A stretch of 52,417 nt of DNA from Clostridia bacterium. Lineage in GTDB: Bacteria > Bacillota > Clostridia > Lutisporales > Lutisporaceae. Below are positions 19,796 through 29,706 of this stretch, one piece after another. The position numbers and the translations under genes were made by a program. The first letter of the stretch is position 1; each line of letters starts with the position of its first letter. The notes under the pieces are model-generated. The model ran no database searches, was not told the DNA's origin, and was given only the letters and a program-made list of their open reading frames with translations. The stretch spans positions 1 to 52,417 of the forward strand of contig JARBUB010000002.1 of the NCBI GenBank assembly GCA_029239905.1. The letters run 5' to 3'.

Positions 19796-20431
19796 TTATC
19801 TCTTTAAGCCTTTAAATAATAACCCTACCCCCAAAAGCACGATTGCCCCGGATATAATATAGTTCTGGTACTGTGCTATATCTCTTAACATATCAACTGA
19901 TAAAATACCCAATACAAAAGTAAATGCAACCAATCCAAATAGTATCAATATGGTCCCAGGTATTAGAGGCCAGCTGCTCTTATGGATATAGGCTGTAAAG
20001 TATATGAAATAGAAGGCTAAACCCAATAGTATGAAAAAGCTAGGCCACATATAATTATCATTCATATTGTTTTCTATTAAGGAATATATAGAAAAAACCG
20101 GAAGTATAAATCCAGGAAATACAAAACCAGTGATTCCTTTGGCAAAGTAAAAAAAGAGGAATATTGCTCCTAATGCCAAGAAAAACATTTCTCCGCTCAA
20201 ATCAAAGTGTAACCTTCCTAAGTCTCGGAGTAACATTATCGAACCTGCCGCACTCAGGACTATTCCAAACACCAAATGTGGCTGATATTTTTTTATCACA
20301 TAATCATACAAGAAATATAGACCTCCAAGCAGCAGCATTGTATTGGTCACCGAAATATTATAGTTTTTCAAGAAAAAGGCAAGACCAAGAAATACAAGTA
20401 CTATTCCCACTACGAAATTATTTTTTTTCAA
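19796..20431 (-). CDS. polytopic membrane protein of unknown function
   Basis: 211 aa, almost entirely hydrophobic helices. TTG start with SD GGGGAG. Convergent with the DUF2089/DUF4097 pair. Confidence 0.5.
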   Translation of the reverse strand: MKKNNFVVGIVLVFLGLAFFLKNYNISVTNTMLLLGGLYFLYDYVIKKYQPHLVFGIVLSAAGSIMLLRDLGRLHFDLSGEMFFLALGAIFLFFYFAKGITGFVFPGFILPVFSIYSLIENNMNDNYMWPSFFILLGLAFYFIYFTAYIHKSSWPLIPGTILILFGLVAFTFVLGILSVDMLRDIAQYQNYIISGAIVLLGVGLLFKGLKR

Positions 20432-20443
20432 ACATACTCCCCC

Positions 20444-21073
20444 CTATCTTTTGATCAGTTCAAAGGCTGAATTCCAAATCCACCCCAATATAAAGTTATA
20501 GGAGTAGAAATATTTTGCTAATACTGAGCTCTGGACCACATCTTTAAAGCTTGCCCACGGAAGCATATTTGACACTGGTATAATAGCTGCAAATATTAGT
20601 AGTAACACCAATACCGTTTTTGCAAAACCTATGGCTCCTCCACCCAATTTGTTTATTTCATTTAAGCCTGGCATTTCAGTTGCTTTCTTGATATATCCTT
20701 CTACAATAGCAAGCAAAAACCTGACGACAATGTAAATTCCTATCATAGCTATAAGGTTTATGATAATTATGCTTACAAAGGTATGTATATCCTGCGCAAA
20801 GTAGTCACTAAAAAAAGTTGGCATTGCATTGTCAGGCATGAATCCATTAAAACCCTGCAACACCTTCTTTTCTGCCATAAATTTTATAATTGTATCCTTC
20901 AAGGGTGTATTGGTCAATAAGAATAAAGATACTGTCTTATAATAAAGCTTGGCAACCACAATAGAAACAATGACACAAGCTACGCTAGTAATTGAAGCCA
21001 CAAAACCTCTTCTTATCCCCGTTATTGTGCCTAGTGCAAGTATGATAATTATACAAAGATCTAGCCAGTTCAT
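20444..21073 (-). CDS. cvpA: CvpA family membrane protein
   Basis: MNWLDLCIIIILALGTITGIRRGFV is a typical CvpA N-terminus. About 4 TM helices. SD AGGAGGG. Confidence 0.75.
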   Translation of the reverse strand: MNWLDLCIIIILALGTITGIRRGFVASITSVACVIVSIVVAKLYYKTVSLFLLTNTPLKDTIIKFMAEKKVLQGFNGFMPDNAMPTFFSDYFAQDIHTFVSIIIINLIAMIGIYIVVRFLLAIVEGYIKKATEMPGLNEINKLGGGAIGFAKTVLVLLLIFAAIIPVSNMLPWASFKDVVQSSVLAKYFYSYNFILGWIWNSAFELIKR

Positions 21074-21082
21074 ATTACCCTC

Positions 21083-22171
21083 CTATTTACATTCAAGCTT
21101 TTGAATTAATCTATTGGACACAGAGATGATGCTGCCTTCTGACGTAAAATACACCTTGTTTATTGCTGGAATTGATTTGTACTCTGCATTTATTGAACCC
21201 TTCAAATCTACTAGAAGAAGATTCTCTCGATAATATAATATATAATTATTTTTTTCTAATATTATACCACTTGGCGCTTGTTCTAGTTCAGAAAATCCTA
21301 ACTCCTTAAGATTATCATTATATGAAATTACTTCAAAACCCTTTCTACTTCTTACTACTATTGCAGCGCCCTCTTCACTTATGCTAGCGCTATAGATGGT
21401 TTTGTTCAATTCCTTCTTGCTTTGATTTTTGTTCTTATCTTCATACTTGTAAATTGCATTTTCACCAATTGCAATTAATGTATTATCCTTCGTATAGCCT
21501 AGCATTGGAACTATTTGATTATCAATATTGTCTGACCATACCATATCGCCCCTTAAATTAAGTGTAACTATTTTGGTTTTTACTATTTGAGTAGATATGT
21601 CAATTAAACTGATGCTATTCTCATCTTTTCCCGATGCAAATGCAACAACTTCTGCATTATCCAATGTCATAGCACCAACATCTATCCCCTTATGGCTAAA
21701 AATCTGAATTCTTGCTCCACCATTATATTTAGAGTCTACCAGTACAGCGCCATTTCGATCTGCATATATGTCTTTGATTTCCCCCTCCAGTTGCTTATCC
21801 CAAATCAAATTACCGCTCTTAGATATACAATAGAGTTTTTTGCTGTCGTCTAAAACATAAAGATTTGATGCTGCACTTTTCATGCTGATAACCTTACTGA
21901 TTAAAGTCTTGCTCCAGATTATCTCGCCCTTTATATTCCTAGCCTTTACAACTACACCAGTTGCTTCTGCCAGCAAATCATCCACACTACAGACTATGCT
22001 GTTCTTTTCCCGTGCTTCCAGTTGTCCAATTAAGGATAACTCTTTTATGTCCTTAGTGCCAGAAGTGCTTATGCTGTTCATATTATTTATGTATATTAGT
22101 CCTAACATTAGCATAAGTATAAGTACAAGCAATAAGCCTGTAGCTTTTATATTTGAGTTGCTATTTTTCAT
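21083..22171 (-). CDS. membrane-anchored hypothetical protein, probably a beta-propeller-like extracytoplasmic domain
   Basis: One N-terminal TM helix (GLLLVLILMLMLGLIYI), then a repetitive beta-rich sequence. No catalytic motif recognised. The ATG at 22171 follows GAGGTG. Confidence 0.45.
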   Translation of the reverse strand: MKNSNSNIKATGLLLVLILMLMLGLIYINNMNSISTSGTKDIKELSLIGQLEAREKNSIVCSVDDLLAEATGVVVKARNIKGEIIWSKTLISKVISMKSAASNLYVLDDSKKLYCISKSGNLIWDKQLEGEIKDIYADRNGAVLVDSKYNGGARIQIFSHKGIDVGAMTLDNAEVVAFASGKDENSISLIDISTQIVKTKIVTLNLRGDMVWSDNIDNQIVPMLGYTKDNTLIAIGENAIYKYEDKNKNQSKKELNKTIYSASISEEGAAIVVRSRKGFEVISYNDNLKELGFSELEQAPSGIILEKNNYILYYRENLLLVDLKGSINAEYKSIPAINKVYFTSEGSIISVSNRLIQKLECK

Positions 22172-22402
22172 TTGCAACACCTCACTTTTATGTTTTCACA
22201 AAACATTTTCCTCTTTATATATACTTAAAATTTGTTCTTTTGTTTCATGGCACTTACACTTTATCCATATTTTGATGGTTAATTAAATTATAACATGATA
22301 TATAGACATTTTGACGGTTTTTTCAAAGTCAGTCTCATAATCTGTATCTGACAAGCCAATCTGGGTAATAATTAATGTAAATAACTTGTTAAGGAGCTGC
22401 CT

Positions 22403-23044
22403 ATGCTAAATATAAAATTTGAAAAATCCGTAGATATACATAAACAATTTGCCTTCTCCTACTTTAGTGCCTACTTTGAGGAGTGTTTTAGTAAGCTTTA
22501 CAATGACAGTCATGACGAGATAGTTTTTATATGTATTGGTACTGACCGTGCAACCGGAGATTGCCTCGGGCCGCTTATCGGTTATAAAATTCAGGATATG
22601 AAATATAACAAAGTTCATGTTTTAGGTACCCTTGACAATCCGGTCCATGCAAAGAACTTAGAAGAACATCTAAAAGAATTAAAAAACTATCAGAACCCGT
22701 TTATAGTTGCCATAGATGCATCCCTTGGTAAATTTGAAAGGATTGGCTTTGTCAATATTAAAGAGGGCCCCTTATCCCCTGGTTCTGGTGTAAATAAGTC
22801 TTTGCCGCAGGTTGGTGATATGCATATTACCGGAATAGTAAACATGAGTGGTTTTATGGAGATTATGGTACTTCAAAATACACGTTTAAACCTGGTTATG
22901 AACATGGCTAATATTGTTTCGAAGGGCATCAAGTATAACATGTGGAAATTCCAGCACAAAACACCTCTGCCCATCACCAATCAGTATCAATTTGAGAACC
23001 AAAATGGTAATGAACCCCTCATTTTAAACGGAGAAGGAAGATAA
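22403..23044 (+). CDS. yyaC: spore protease YyaC family protein
   Basis: The motif IVFICIGTDRATGDCLGPLIGYKI is characteristic of YyaC/GPR-like sporulation proteases. It lies at the usual origin-proximal location. Confidence 0.8.
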   Translation: MLNIKFEKSVDIHKQFAFSYFSAYFEECFSKLYNDSHDEIVFICIGTDRATGDCLGPLIGYKIQDMKYNKVHVLGTLDNPVHAKNLEEHLKELKNYQNPFIVAIDASLGKFERIGFVNIKEGPLSPGSGVNKSLPQVGDMHITGIVNMSGFMEIMVLQNTRLNLVMNMANIVSKGIKYNMWKFQHKTPLPITNQYQFENQNGNEPLILNGEGR

Positions 23045-23161
23045 GGTTATACCTATTCTTCTTTTTTTATTGCAACAGCCCTTAGTAGATATTTCATGTA
23101 TTATTTGCTACAATTGGAAATAGTAACAATGATATTTCCAATTGCATAAGGAGAGTTACCT

Positions 23162-24226
23162 ATGAGTGTTATTAACGCAAGACTAAGTAATGTTAACTAT
23201 GATATACATGTCCAAAAAGGCATACTAAATAAACTTGGTTCACATATAACTTCTTTGTACAAGGGAGACAGCATTGTTGTCATAACCGATAGCAATGTCG
23301 AACAATTTTATGGGAGTATTATGGATACCGTGCTTAATGCTTCGGGATACAAAACACATAAGATTATTATCCCTCCAGGTGAGCAGAGTAAATCTTTAAT
23401 CAACTTGAATTATGTTTATAACAAACTAGCTGAGGCTGAAATAAATAGGGGTAATTTAATCATTTCTTTTGGCGGTGGTGTTGTTGGTGACTTGACAGGC
23501 TTTGCAGCAGCCACATATATGAGGGGCATACCCTTTATTAATGTCCCGACAACTCTTATGTCGCAGTTAGACAGCAGCTTAGGCGGAAAAACTGCAATTA
23601 ACCTTAAGGTTGGCAAAAATCTTGCGGGCTGCTTTTATCACCCCAAGGCTGTTTTTATAGACCCTAGTCTTTTAGAAACCCTACCTGAACGTGTTTACAT
23701 AGATGGCTTAGCGGAAGCAGTTAAATACGGTGCTATTAATGATGCAGAGCTTTTTAAAAAAATGCTGAATGCAAATAGCCTAGAGGCTATTAAGAGTAGT
23801 ATCGAGGACATTATATACCGCTGCTGCAGCATTAAGAACATGTTTGTCCAGAAAGATGAGACCGATAGAGGCGAGCGCCACATGCTAAACTTTGGGCATA
23901 CCATCGGGCATGCCATTGAAAGATATTTTGATTATCAAAAATATACTCACGGCGAAGCAGTCTCTTTGGGAATGCTGCAAATTACTAAAAAAAGTGAAGA
24001 ACTGAATCTTACAGGAAAGGGCAGCTATGAGGAATTAAAGAAACTCCTGGAGATATGCAAGCTTCCAATAGATATACCTCAAATGGACGTTCAAAAGCTT
24101 ATATCTATAGCTGCTCTAGATAAAAAGTCCTATGAAAATCGCATCAAACTTGTACTTCTAAGAAGTATTGGGAGTTCTTATATTCATCAAATACCGAAAG
24201 AAGACTTAAAGTTATTTATTGAATAA
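23162..24226 (+). CDS. aroB: 3-dehydroquinate synthase
   Basis: GGGVVGDLTGFAAATYMRGIPFINVPTTLMSQLDSSLGGKTAINL and the metal-binding region HTIGHAIE..HGEAV. Confidence 0.92.
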   Translation: MSVINARLSNVNYDIHVQKGILNKLGSHITSLYKGDSIVVITDSNVEQFYGSIMDTVLNASGYKTHKIIIPPGEQSKSLINLNYVYNKLAEAEINRGNLIISFGGGVVGDLTGFAAATYMRGIPFINVPTTLMSQLDSSLGGKTAINLKVGKNLAGCFYHPKAVFIDPSLLETLPERVYIDGLAEAVKYGAINDAELFKKMLNANSLEAIKSSIEDIIYRCCSIKNMFVQKDETDRGERHMLNFGHTIGHAIERYFDYQKYTHGEAVSLGMLQITKKSEELNLTGKGSYEELKKLLEICKLPIDIPQMDVQKLISIAALDKKSYENRIKLVLLRSIGSSYIHQIPKEDLKLFIE

Positions 24227-24243
24227 CTATTGGAGATTTAATT

Positions 24244-25515
24244 ATGAAGGATATAAAAATATTACCTGGCCTTTTGAAAGGTGACATTAAGATACCCCCT
24301 TCTAAAAGTCTGTGCCATAGAGCTATTATTGCTGCTGCTCTGGCTCATGGTCAAAGCATCATAAGCAATGTGGTTTTATCAGAGGATATTTTGGCTACAA
24401 TCGGGGGTGTACGAGCCCTTGGAGCCATAGTTACAATCAATCAGGACCAGCTTATTATCGAAGGTTGTAGGCTTGAGAGCAGTCAGAATTGTATCATTGA
24501 TTGCAATGAATCTGGCTCCACACTTAGATTTCTTATGCCCATTTCACTGCTAAGCAATAACGCCGTAAGCTTTGTAGGGAGAGGCAATTTATCCAGTCGG
24601 CCCTTGGAGCCCTATATTGAAATATTTAAAGAGCAGGATATATTTTATTCAGATACAAGTCTACCAATGACTATCAAAGGTTGTCTTAACCATGGTATTT
24701 TCAAGCTTAAAGGAAGTATTAGCTCACAATTTATTACAGGGCTGATGTTTGCGCTACCTCTTTTAGAAGAAGATTCTACTGTACTGATAACTGAACCCTT
24801 AGAATCGAAGAGTTATATTGACCTTACGATAGACGTCCTTAACAGCTTTGGTATTTCTATTATTAACAATAATTACAAGAGCTTTTTTATTAAGGGAAAA
24901 CAGGAATACAAAAATACCTTATATACAGTTGAAGGTGATTACTCACAAGCTGCGTTTTGGCTTGCTGCCGGAGCCTTAGGCGGAGATGTATCCTGCACTG
25001 GCTTAAGCCAAAATAGCAAACAAGGTGATAGAGCTATATTACAACTATTAAAAACCGCTGGTGCTTGTATTGAAATCTCTGACTCACATATAAAAGCAGA
25101 GCCTTTAGCGCTTCAGGCTTTCGAAATTGATATCTCGCAATGCCCCGATATAGCTCCCATTCTGGCAGTAATCGCTGCTTTAAGCGAAGGCACCAGCAAA
25201 ATAACCGGTGCAGCCAGATTACGAATAAAAGAGTGCGATCGCCTTAAAGCTATTACAACCGAATTGAATAAGCTCGGTGCACAGGTATTTGAAGAAAAAG
25301 ACAGTTTAACGATAAACGGCATGAGACGTCTTCGAGGCGGCGACGTAACAAGCTGGGGAGACCATAGAATTGCTATGGCCTTAGCCATTGCAGCAATAAA
25401 ATGCGAAGAACCTGTAATGATTCATAATAGTAATGCGGTAGATAAGTCTTATCCTAACTTTTTTGATGACTATAAAATGCTTGGAGGGATTTTACTTGAG
25501 CGGAACATGGGGTAA
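24244..25515 (+). CDS. aroA: 3-phosphoshikimate 1-carboxyvinyltransferase (EPSP synthase)
   Basis: N-terminal PPSKSLCHRAIIAAALA, plus LRIKECDRL and DHRIAMALAIAA motifs. Confidence 0.93.
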   Translation: MKDIKILPGLLKGDIKIPPSKSLCHRAIIAAALAHGQSIISNVVLSEDILATIGGVRALGAIVTINQDQLIIEGCRLESSQNCIIDCNESGSTLRFLMPISLLSNNAVSFVGRGNLSSRPLEPYIEIFKEQDIFYSDTSLPMTIKGCLNHGIFKLKGSISSQFITGLMFALPLLEEDSTVLITEPLESKSYIDLTIDVLNSFGISIINNNYKSFFIKGKQEYKNTLYTVEGDYSQAAFWLAAGALGGDVSCTGLSQNSKQGDRAILQLLKTAGACIEISDSHIKAEPLALQAFEIDISQCPDIAPILAVIAALSEGTSKITGAARLRIKECDRLKAITTELNKLGAQVFEEKDSLTINGMRRLRGGDVTSWGDHRIAMALAIAAIKCEEPVMIHNSNAVDKSYPNFFDDYKMLGGILLERNMG

Positions 25516-26581
25516 AAATATAAAGTATACTATATTTGGAGAATCTCACGGAGAAGGAATTGGTATAGTCATTGACAACCTACCTCCAGGATTGGAGCTC
25601 CATATTTCTAAAATCAAACTAGAACTGCAGAGAAGACAGCCTGGATCAAATGATTTCGTAACATCTAGAAAAGAAGCTGATGAATTTGAGATTTTAAGCG
25701 GTATATTTAATCATCGAACAACTGGAGCTCCCTTATGTTGTTTTATTAAAAATACTGGACATCAATCATCGGATTATGATCGGACGAAGGATTTAATCAG
25801 ACCCAGCCATGCAGACTATACCGCCTATATTAAATATAAAGGCTTCAATGATTATCGAGGCGGTGGTCACTTTTCTGGCAGACTCACCGCTGCAATCGTT
25901 TTTGCTGGTGCGGTAGCGAAGCAAATCTTATCAGAGCATAATATAAGTATTATAAGCCATATTTATAAAATTGGAAATTTGTGTGATTCCTCCTTGTGTA
26001 ATAAAGATTTATCTATTGAAGATTTTTCGCATTTGACATCAATGAGCTTTCCAACCATTGATGTTTCTATTGGTGCTGTAATGCAGCAAAGAATTTCTGA
26101 TGTAAAAGCCCTAGGAGATTCAATTGGGGGAATTGTAGAGACCGCTATACTAAATCTACCTGCTGGACTGGGCTCACCGTTTTTTGATTCCCTTGAAAGC
26201 ACCATAGCCCATCTTATGTTCTCTATCCCTGGTATGAAAGGCATCGAATTCGGATCTGGTTTTGACTTAGCAGAGATGAAGGGTTCTGAAGCAAATGATC
26301 ATTTCTACATGGAGGATTCTAAAATATGTACCTTGACGAACCACAATGGTGGTATTCTAGGCGGTATTAGTACTGGTATGCCTTTGGTATTTAAAACAGT
26401 GTTTAAGCCTACCCCTTCAATTGCCTTAGAGCAAAATACTGTGAATATAAAACAGCTGCAAAACACTAAACTTAATTTAATTGGGCGCCACGATCCCTGC
26501 ATCGTTCCCAGAGCCTTACCCGTTGTTGAGGCAGCGGCTGCTATGTCAATTTTGGATTGTGTTCCTTTATCTTATTTATAA
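25496..26581 (+). CDS. aroC: chorismate synthase
   Basis: FGESHGEGIGIVIDNLPPGL and GRHDPCIVPRA motifs. I chose the TTG at 25496 after GGAGGG, which overlaps the aroA end by 20 nt. The track start at 25463 is rejected. Confidence 0.92.
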   Translation: MSGTWGKNIKYTIFGESHGEGIGIVIDNLPPGLELHISKIKLELQRRQPGSNDFVTSRKEADEFEILSGIFNHRTTGAPLCCFIKNTGHQSSDYDRTKDLIRPSHADYTAYIKYKGFNDYRGGGHFSGRLTAAIVFAGAVAKQILSEHNISIISHIYKIGNLCDSSLCNKDLSIEDFSHLTSMSFPTIDVSIGAVMQQRISDVKALGDSIGGIVETAILNLPAGLGSPFFDSLESTIAHLMFSIPGMKGIEFGSGFDLAEMKGSEANDHFYMEDSKICTLTNHNGGILGGISTGMPLVFKTVFKPTPSIALEQNTVNIKQLQNTKLNLIGRHDPCIVPRALPVVEAAAAMSILDCVPLSYL

Positions 26582-26592
26582 CGAGGTTAAAA

Positions 26593-27405
26593 ATGGAAGT
26601 TTTTGGATTAATCGGAAAAACTCTTTCTCATAGTCTTTCACCTATCATACATAAGTTTGTTTATGAAATGCTTAATTTAGAAGCTACTTATAGCTTATAT
26701 CAAGTTCGGCCGGACATGCTTGACGCTGCTATTCAAGGCATTCGGGCCTTAGATCTTCGCGGAGTCAATGTGACAATACCATATAAAATTAAAGTTATGG
26801 AATCCCTTGATCGTATCTCTTTAGAGGCTGAGAAAATAGGTGCAGTAAATACAATATTGAATGATGGCAATTCCCTAATTGGCTATAATACTGATTATTT
26901 TGGCTTTGGAAAGCTGCTGGACAAATACAATATTAAAACTGCTGGGAAGACTGCGGTTGTCTTAGGAAGCGGTGGTGCAGCAAAATCTATTACTGCATAT
27001 TTGCAAGACACTGGTATATCTGAGCTTTTTATCGTATCCCGAGAACCCAATAAAATAGGACATTCATATAACTGCAACGTAATTAACTATAAGCAGCTTT
27101 CTCTTATTAATCAAGCAAGCCTACTAATTAATTGTACTCCTATCGGCATGTCACCAAACAGTGGTTCAGCCCCAGTCTCTAAATGTGAAATTGAAAAATT
27201 TGAATCAGTTGTTGATCTTATTTATAACCCTCTTCATACACAACTGATGACACAAGCAATCGAATTAGGTATTCCTGCTTATAATGGATTGTATATGCTT
27301 GTATCCCAAGCAGTTGCAGCAATAGAAATATGGTATAGTTTCTCGATTTCTGAAGATATTGTTCATAAGGTTTATGATAAGCTAATTCAATACTTAAAAG
27401 AATAA
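26593..27405 (+). CDS. aroE: shikimate dehydrogenase
   Basis: MEVFGLIGKTLSHSLSPIIHK, GVNVTIPYK and the NAD(P) loop VLGSGGAAKS. The ATG at 26593 follows GAGGT. Confidence 0.9.
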   Translation: MEVFGLIGKTLSHSLSPIIHKFVYEMLNLEATYSLYQVRPDMLDAAIQGIRALDLRGVNVTIPYKIKVMESLDRISLEAEKIGAVNTILNDGNSLIGYNTDYFGFGKLLDKYNIKTAGKTAVVLGSGGAAKSITAYLQDTGISELFIVSREPNKIGHSYNCNVINYKQLSLINQASLLINCTPIGMSPNSGSAPVSKCEIEKFESVVDLIYNPLHTQLMTQAIELGIPAYNGLYMLVSQAVAAIEIWYSFSISEDIVHKVYDKLIQYLKE

Positions 27406-27429
27406 AAGGGCTTCAATTGAAGCCCTTTT
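27404..27429. terminator. bidirectional terminator between aroE and the histidine kinase
   Basis: AAAAGGGCTTC-AATT-GAAGCCCTTTT is a perfect hairpin flanked by A and T runs. Confidence 0.75.
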
Positions 27430-27445
27430 ATGATTACAATTCAAT

Positions 27446-29518
27446 CTAATTATAATATATATCCGAGAACTCGATTTCTACCTTCTCTATCTTTTCATTA
27501 ATATTTTCATTATACTCATCATCTTCAACAATTACGTTTTTGCCTGCTTTTTCTGGCAATGAAATTCTAAACTTGCTTCCATTATTCAAATCGCTTTTAA
27601 CCTCAATACTTCCATTATGCAGTTCTATCAATGCCTTCACGATTGCTAAACCAATTCCACTGCCTTCATTTTGTCGAGTAAATGATTTATCTACTTGTAC
27701 AAATCTGGAAAATATACTTTCAAGCTTATCTTCTGGTATCCCAATTCCCGTATCTTCAACTTCAACGTAGATATTGCCGTCGTCTATCTTGACGTTAACA
27801 TAAATCGAGTCGCCGTTTTTAGAAAACTTTACTGCATTAGATAATAAGTTTAGCATTATCCTCTCTATAGCATCAGGGTCGCACTCAATAACTGTTTCTT
27901 CTGATTCGGTATCAAAGATAAGCTCTAGTGCTTTTTCATTTGCGTAACTTTCTATTGACATAGTAATGTTCTCTATTAGACTCACTATATTAACTTTCTT
28001 ATAATTCAACCTATAAAATCCAGATTCTATATTGGTGATATCAATTAGATTGTTTACCAGCTTCATAAGTCGATGACAGTTCTGATTCATTATGCTTATA
28101 TATTTATCTATGTTAGTTTCCTTCCCCCCGATTATACCCTTATCACTATAAACCTTCAAAAGCTGATTTGTAGTATGTATAACATTCAAGGGCGTTCTCA
28201 TTTCATGGGACATATTAGCGAAAATTTCGGTCTTTATTTTACTATATTCAACAGCTTGATCTATTTGCTTTTCTTTTTCTATTATTTCCTGATTGTATTG
28301 TATTAATCTATCCTGCATATCCTTCAGATATTGGATCAAGGCATATAACAAAGCAAGTTGGAAAATTAACATTCCCCAAGGTGCTAAATTTATCGTCCAA
28401 GGTATAACGTGGAAATACCAGCCTAATACGTCATACACTCCAAAAACTCCAAATACTATTTGTCCGGCAGTATATATCATTGCCTTAGCATTCCCTTTCA
28501 GATAGGATTGAACGCTTACAACAACACATATTATATAGCTTGTCCCTGTTAACATATAAAATAGAATCATTGTGTTTATAAAAGCAAGATTCCCTGTCAA
28601 ATCAAGTAGAAATGAGACTATGAATAGAGCTGCATGTAAATGGATCAGTAAACTCAAAACTCTTTTATTTGTATTTGATATATTAATAATGAATTCATAT
28701 ACGCAGATAGGAATCAAATATAAAGACACTATTGCTACATAAAACCAAAATACTGGTCTGAAGTGAAATATCTGTGTCAAAGAGTTTTCCGCTATGCTCC
28801 AAGTTCCTACAGTTATGAATAATAATCCAAGTGAAAACAAGGCTTTTCTTCCTAATTTTCGACCGATACCTATAAGCATACATGCCGTACCGATTATTAA
28901 GTTTAGGCAACCTAAAATCAATGTCCCTATGTTCATTTTGAATATTCTCATGAAGTGATTGCCTTTTGAATCTAATTCAATTGTTCTAATTAGTCCCAGT
29001 CTTTTACCTGAAACTGATTTCATAGCAATTACTAGTTCTTTATCCATATAATCATTCGGCAGTGGAATAAGATGTGTAGGTGCCCCGGGAGAATGCTTAT
29101 AATCGAAATTGTTAAAGTCTCCAAACCTATATATCAATTTTCCTTCAAGATATACTTCAAATACTTGATCATTTGTCTGAAGTAGTAAGTGCGGATCTGC
29201 TGCACTTGTCGCAGGCAAATTTGTTTTATAATAAATAGTAGTCTTAATATCCTTTGGAACTGTATTTATAGATTTTTCCAACCTTGACCATTCATTTTCT
29301 TTATCAGCTATGCTTTCTGAAGTCCTTTCTAGTGTTCCTACATAATCACTCTCAATTTTATAACGCCAGTTGCTATCCTCTAAGCTAGGATGATCCATAC
29401 TGTGAGTTGTAAATACATATGAAAATAGTATGTTGAAAAAAAATAGTATAAAGATTGTTCCGATGGCTATACGCCACAATCCAAGGCTATGAAATTTAAC
29501 CCGCTTAAAAAAAATCAT
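27446..29518 (-). CDS. sensor histidine kinase with a 7TMR-DISM-type extracellular and 7-TM input module
   Basis: Signal anchor, an extracytoplasmic domain of about 150 aa, seven TM helices, H-box SHEMRTPLN, and the HATPase N and G boxes (LLSNAVKF, DTGIGI, GSGIGL). No response regulator is adjacent. Confidence 0.85.
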   Translation of the reverse strand: MIFFKRVKFHSLGLWRIAIGTIFILFFFNILFSYVFTTHSMDHPSLEDSNWRYKIESDYVGTLERTSESIADKENEWSRLEKSINTVPKDIKTTIYYKTNLPATSAADPHLLLQTNDQVFEVYLEGKLIYRFGDFNNFDYKHSPGAPTHLIPLPNDYMDKELVIAMKSVSGKRLGLIRTIELDSKGNHFMRIFKMNIGTLILGCLNLIIGTACMLIGIGRKLGRKALFSLGLLFITVGTWSIAENSLTQIFHFRPVFWFYVAIVSLYLIPICVYEFIINISNTNKRVLSLLIHLHAALFIVSFLLDLTGNLAFINTMILFYMLTGTSYIICVVVSVQSYLKGNAKAMIYTAGQIVFGVFGVYDVLGWYFHVIPWTINLAPWGMLIFQLALLYALIQYLKDMQDRLIQYNQEIIEKEKQIDQAVEYSKIKTEIFANMSHEMRTPLNVIHTTNQLLKVYSDKGIIGGKETNIDKYISIMNQNCHRLMKLVNNLIDITNIESGFYRLNYKKVNIVSLIENITMSIESYANEKALELIFDTESEETVIECDPDAIERIMLNLLSNAVKFSKNGDSIYVNVKIDDGNIYVEVEDTGIGIPEDKLESIFSRFVQVDKSFTRQNEGSGIGLAIVKALIELHNGSIEVKSDLNNGSKFRISLPEKAGKNVIVEDDEYNENINEKIEKVEIEFSDIYYN

Positions 29519-29660
29519 ATGAAACCCCGTTTCCTATTAATCACAGTAGAATTATAACACAAAGAATGTATCATTCAAACAAAATATTCCAATTTTATAA
29601 ATATTTTTTTGTTTTCTTTCGACATCATCGCTAGAATGAATATATTGTAGAATTCCGAAG

Positions 29661-29706
29661 AAATACGAGAGAGTGATGTCTATGATAGACATCACTCTCT
29701 CGTATT
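29661..29706 (-). terminator. long hairpin (21-bp stem, one bulged C, 3-nt loop) at the ykuS stop codon; probable terminator
   Basis: AATACGAGAGAGTGATGTCTA-TGA-TAGACATCACTCTCTC(C)GTATT. The T-tract is weak, so terminator function is inferred from position only. Confidence 0.4.
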
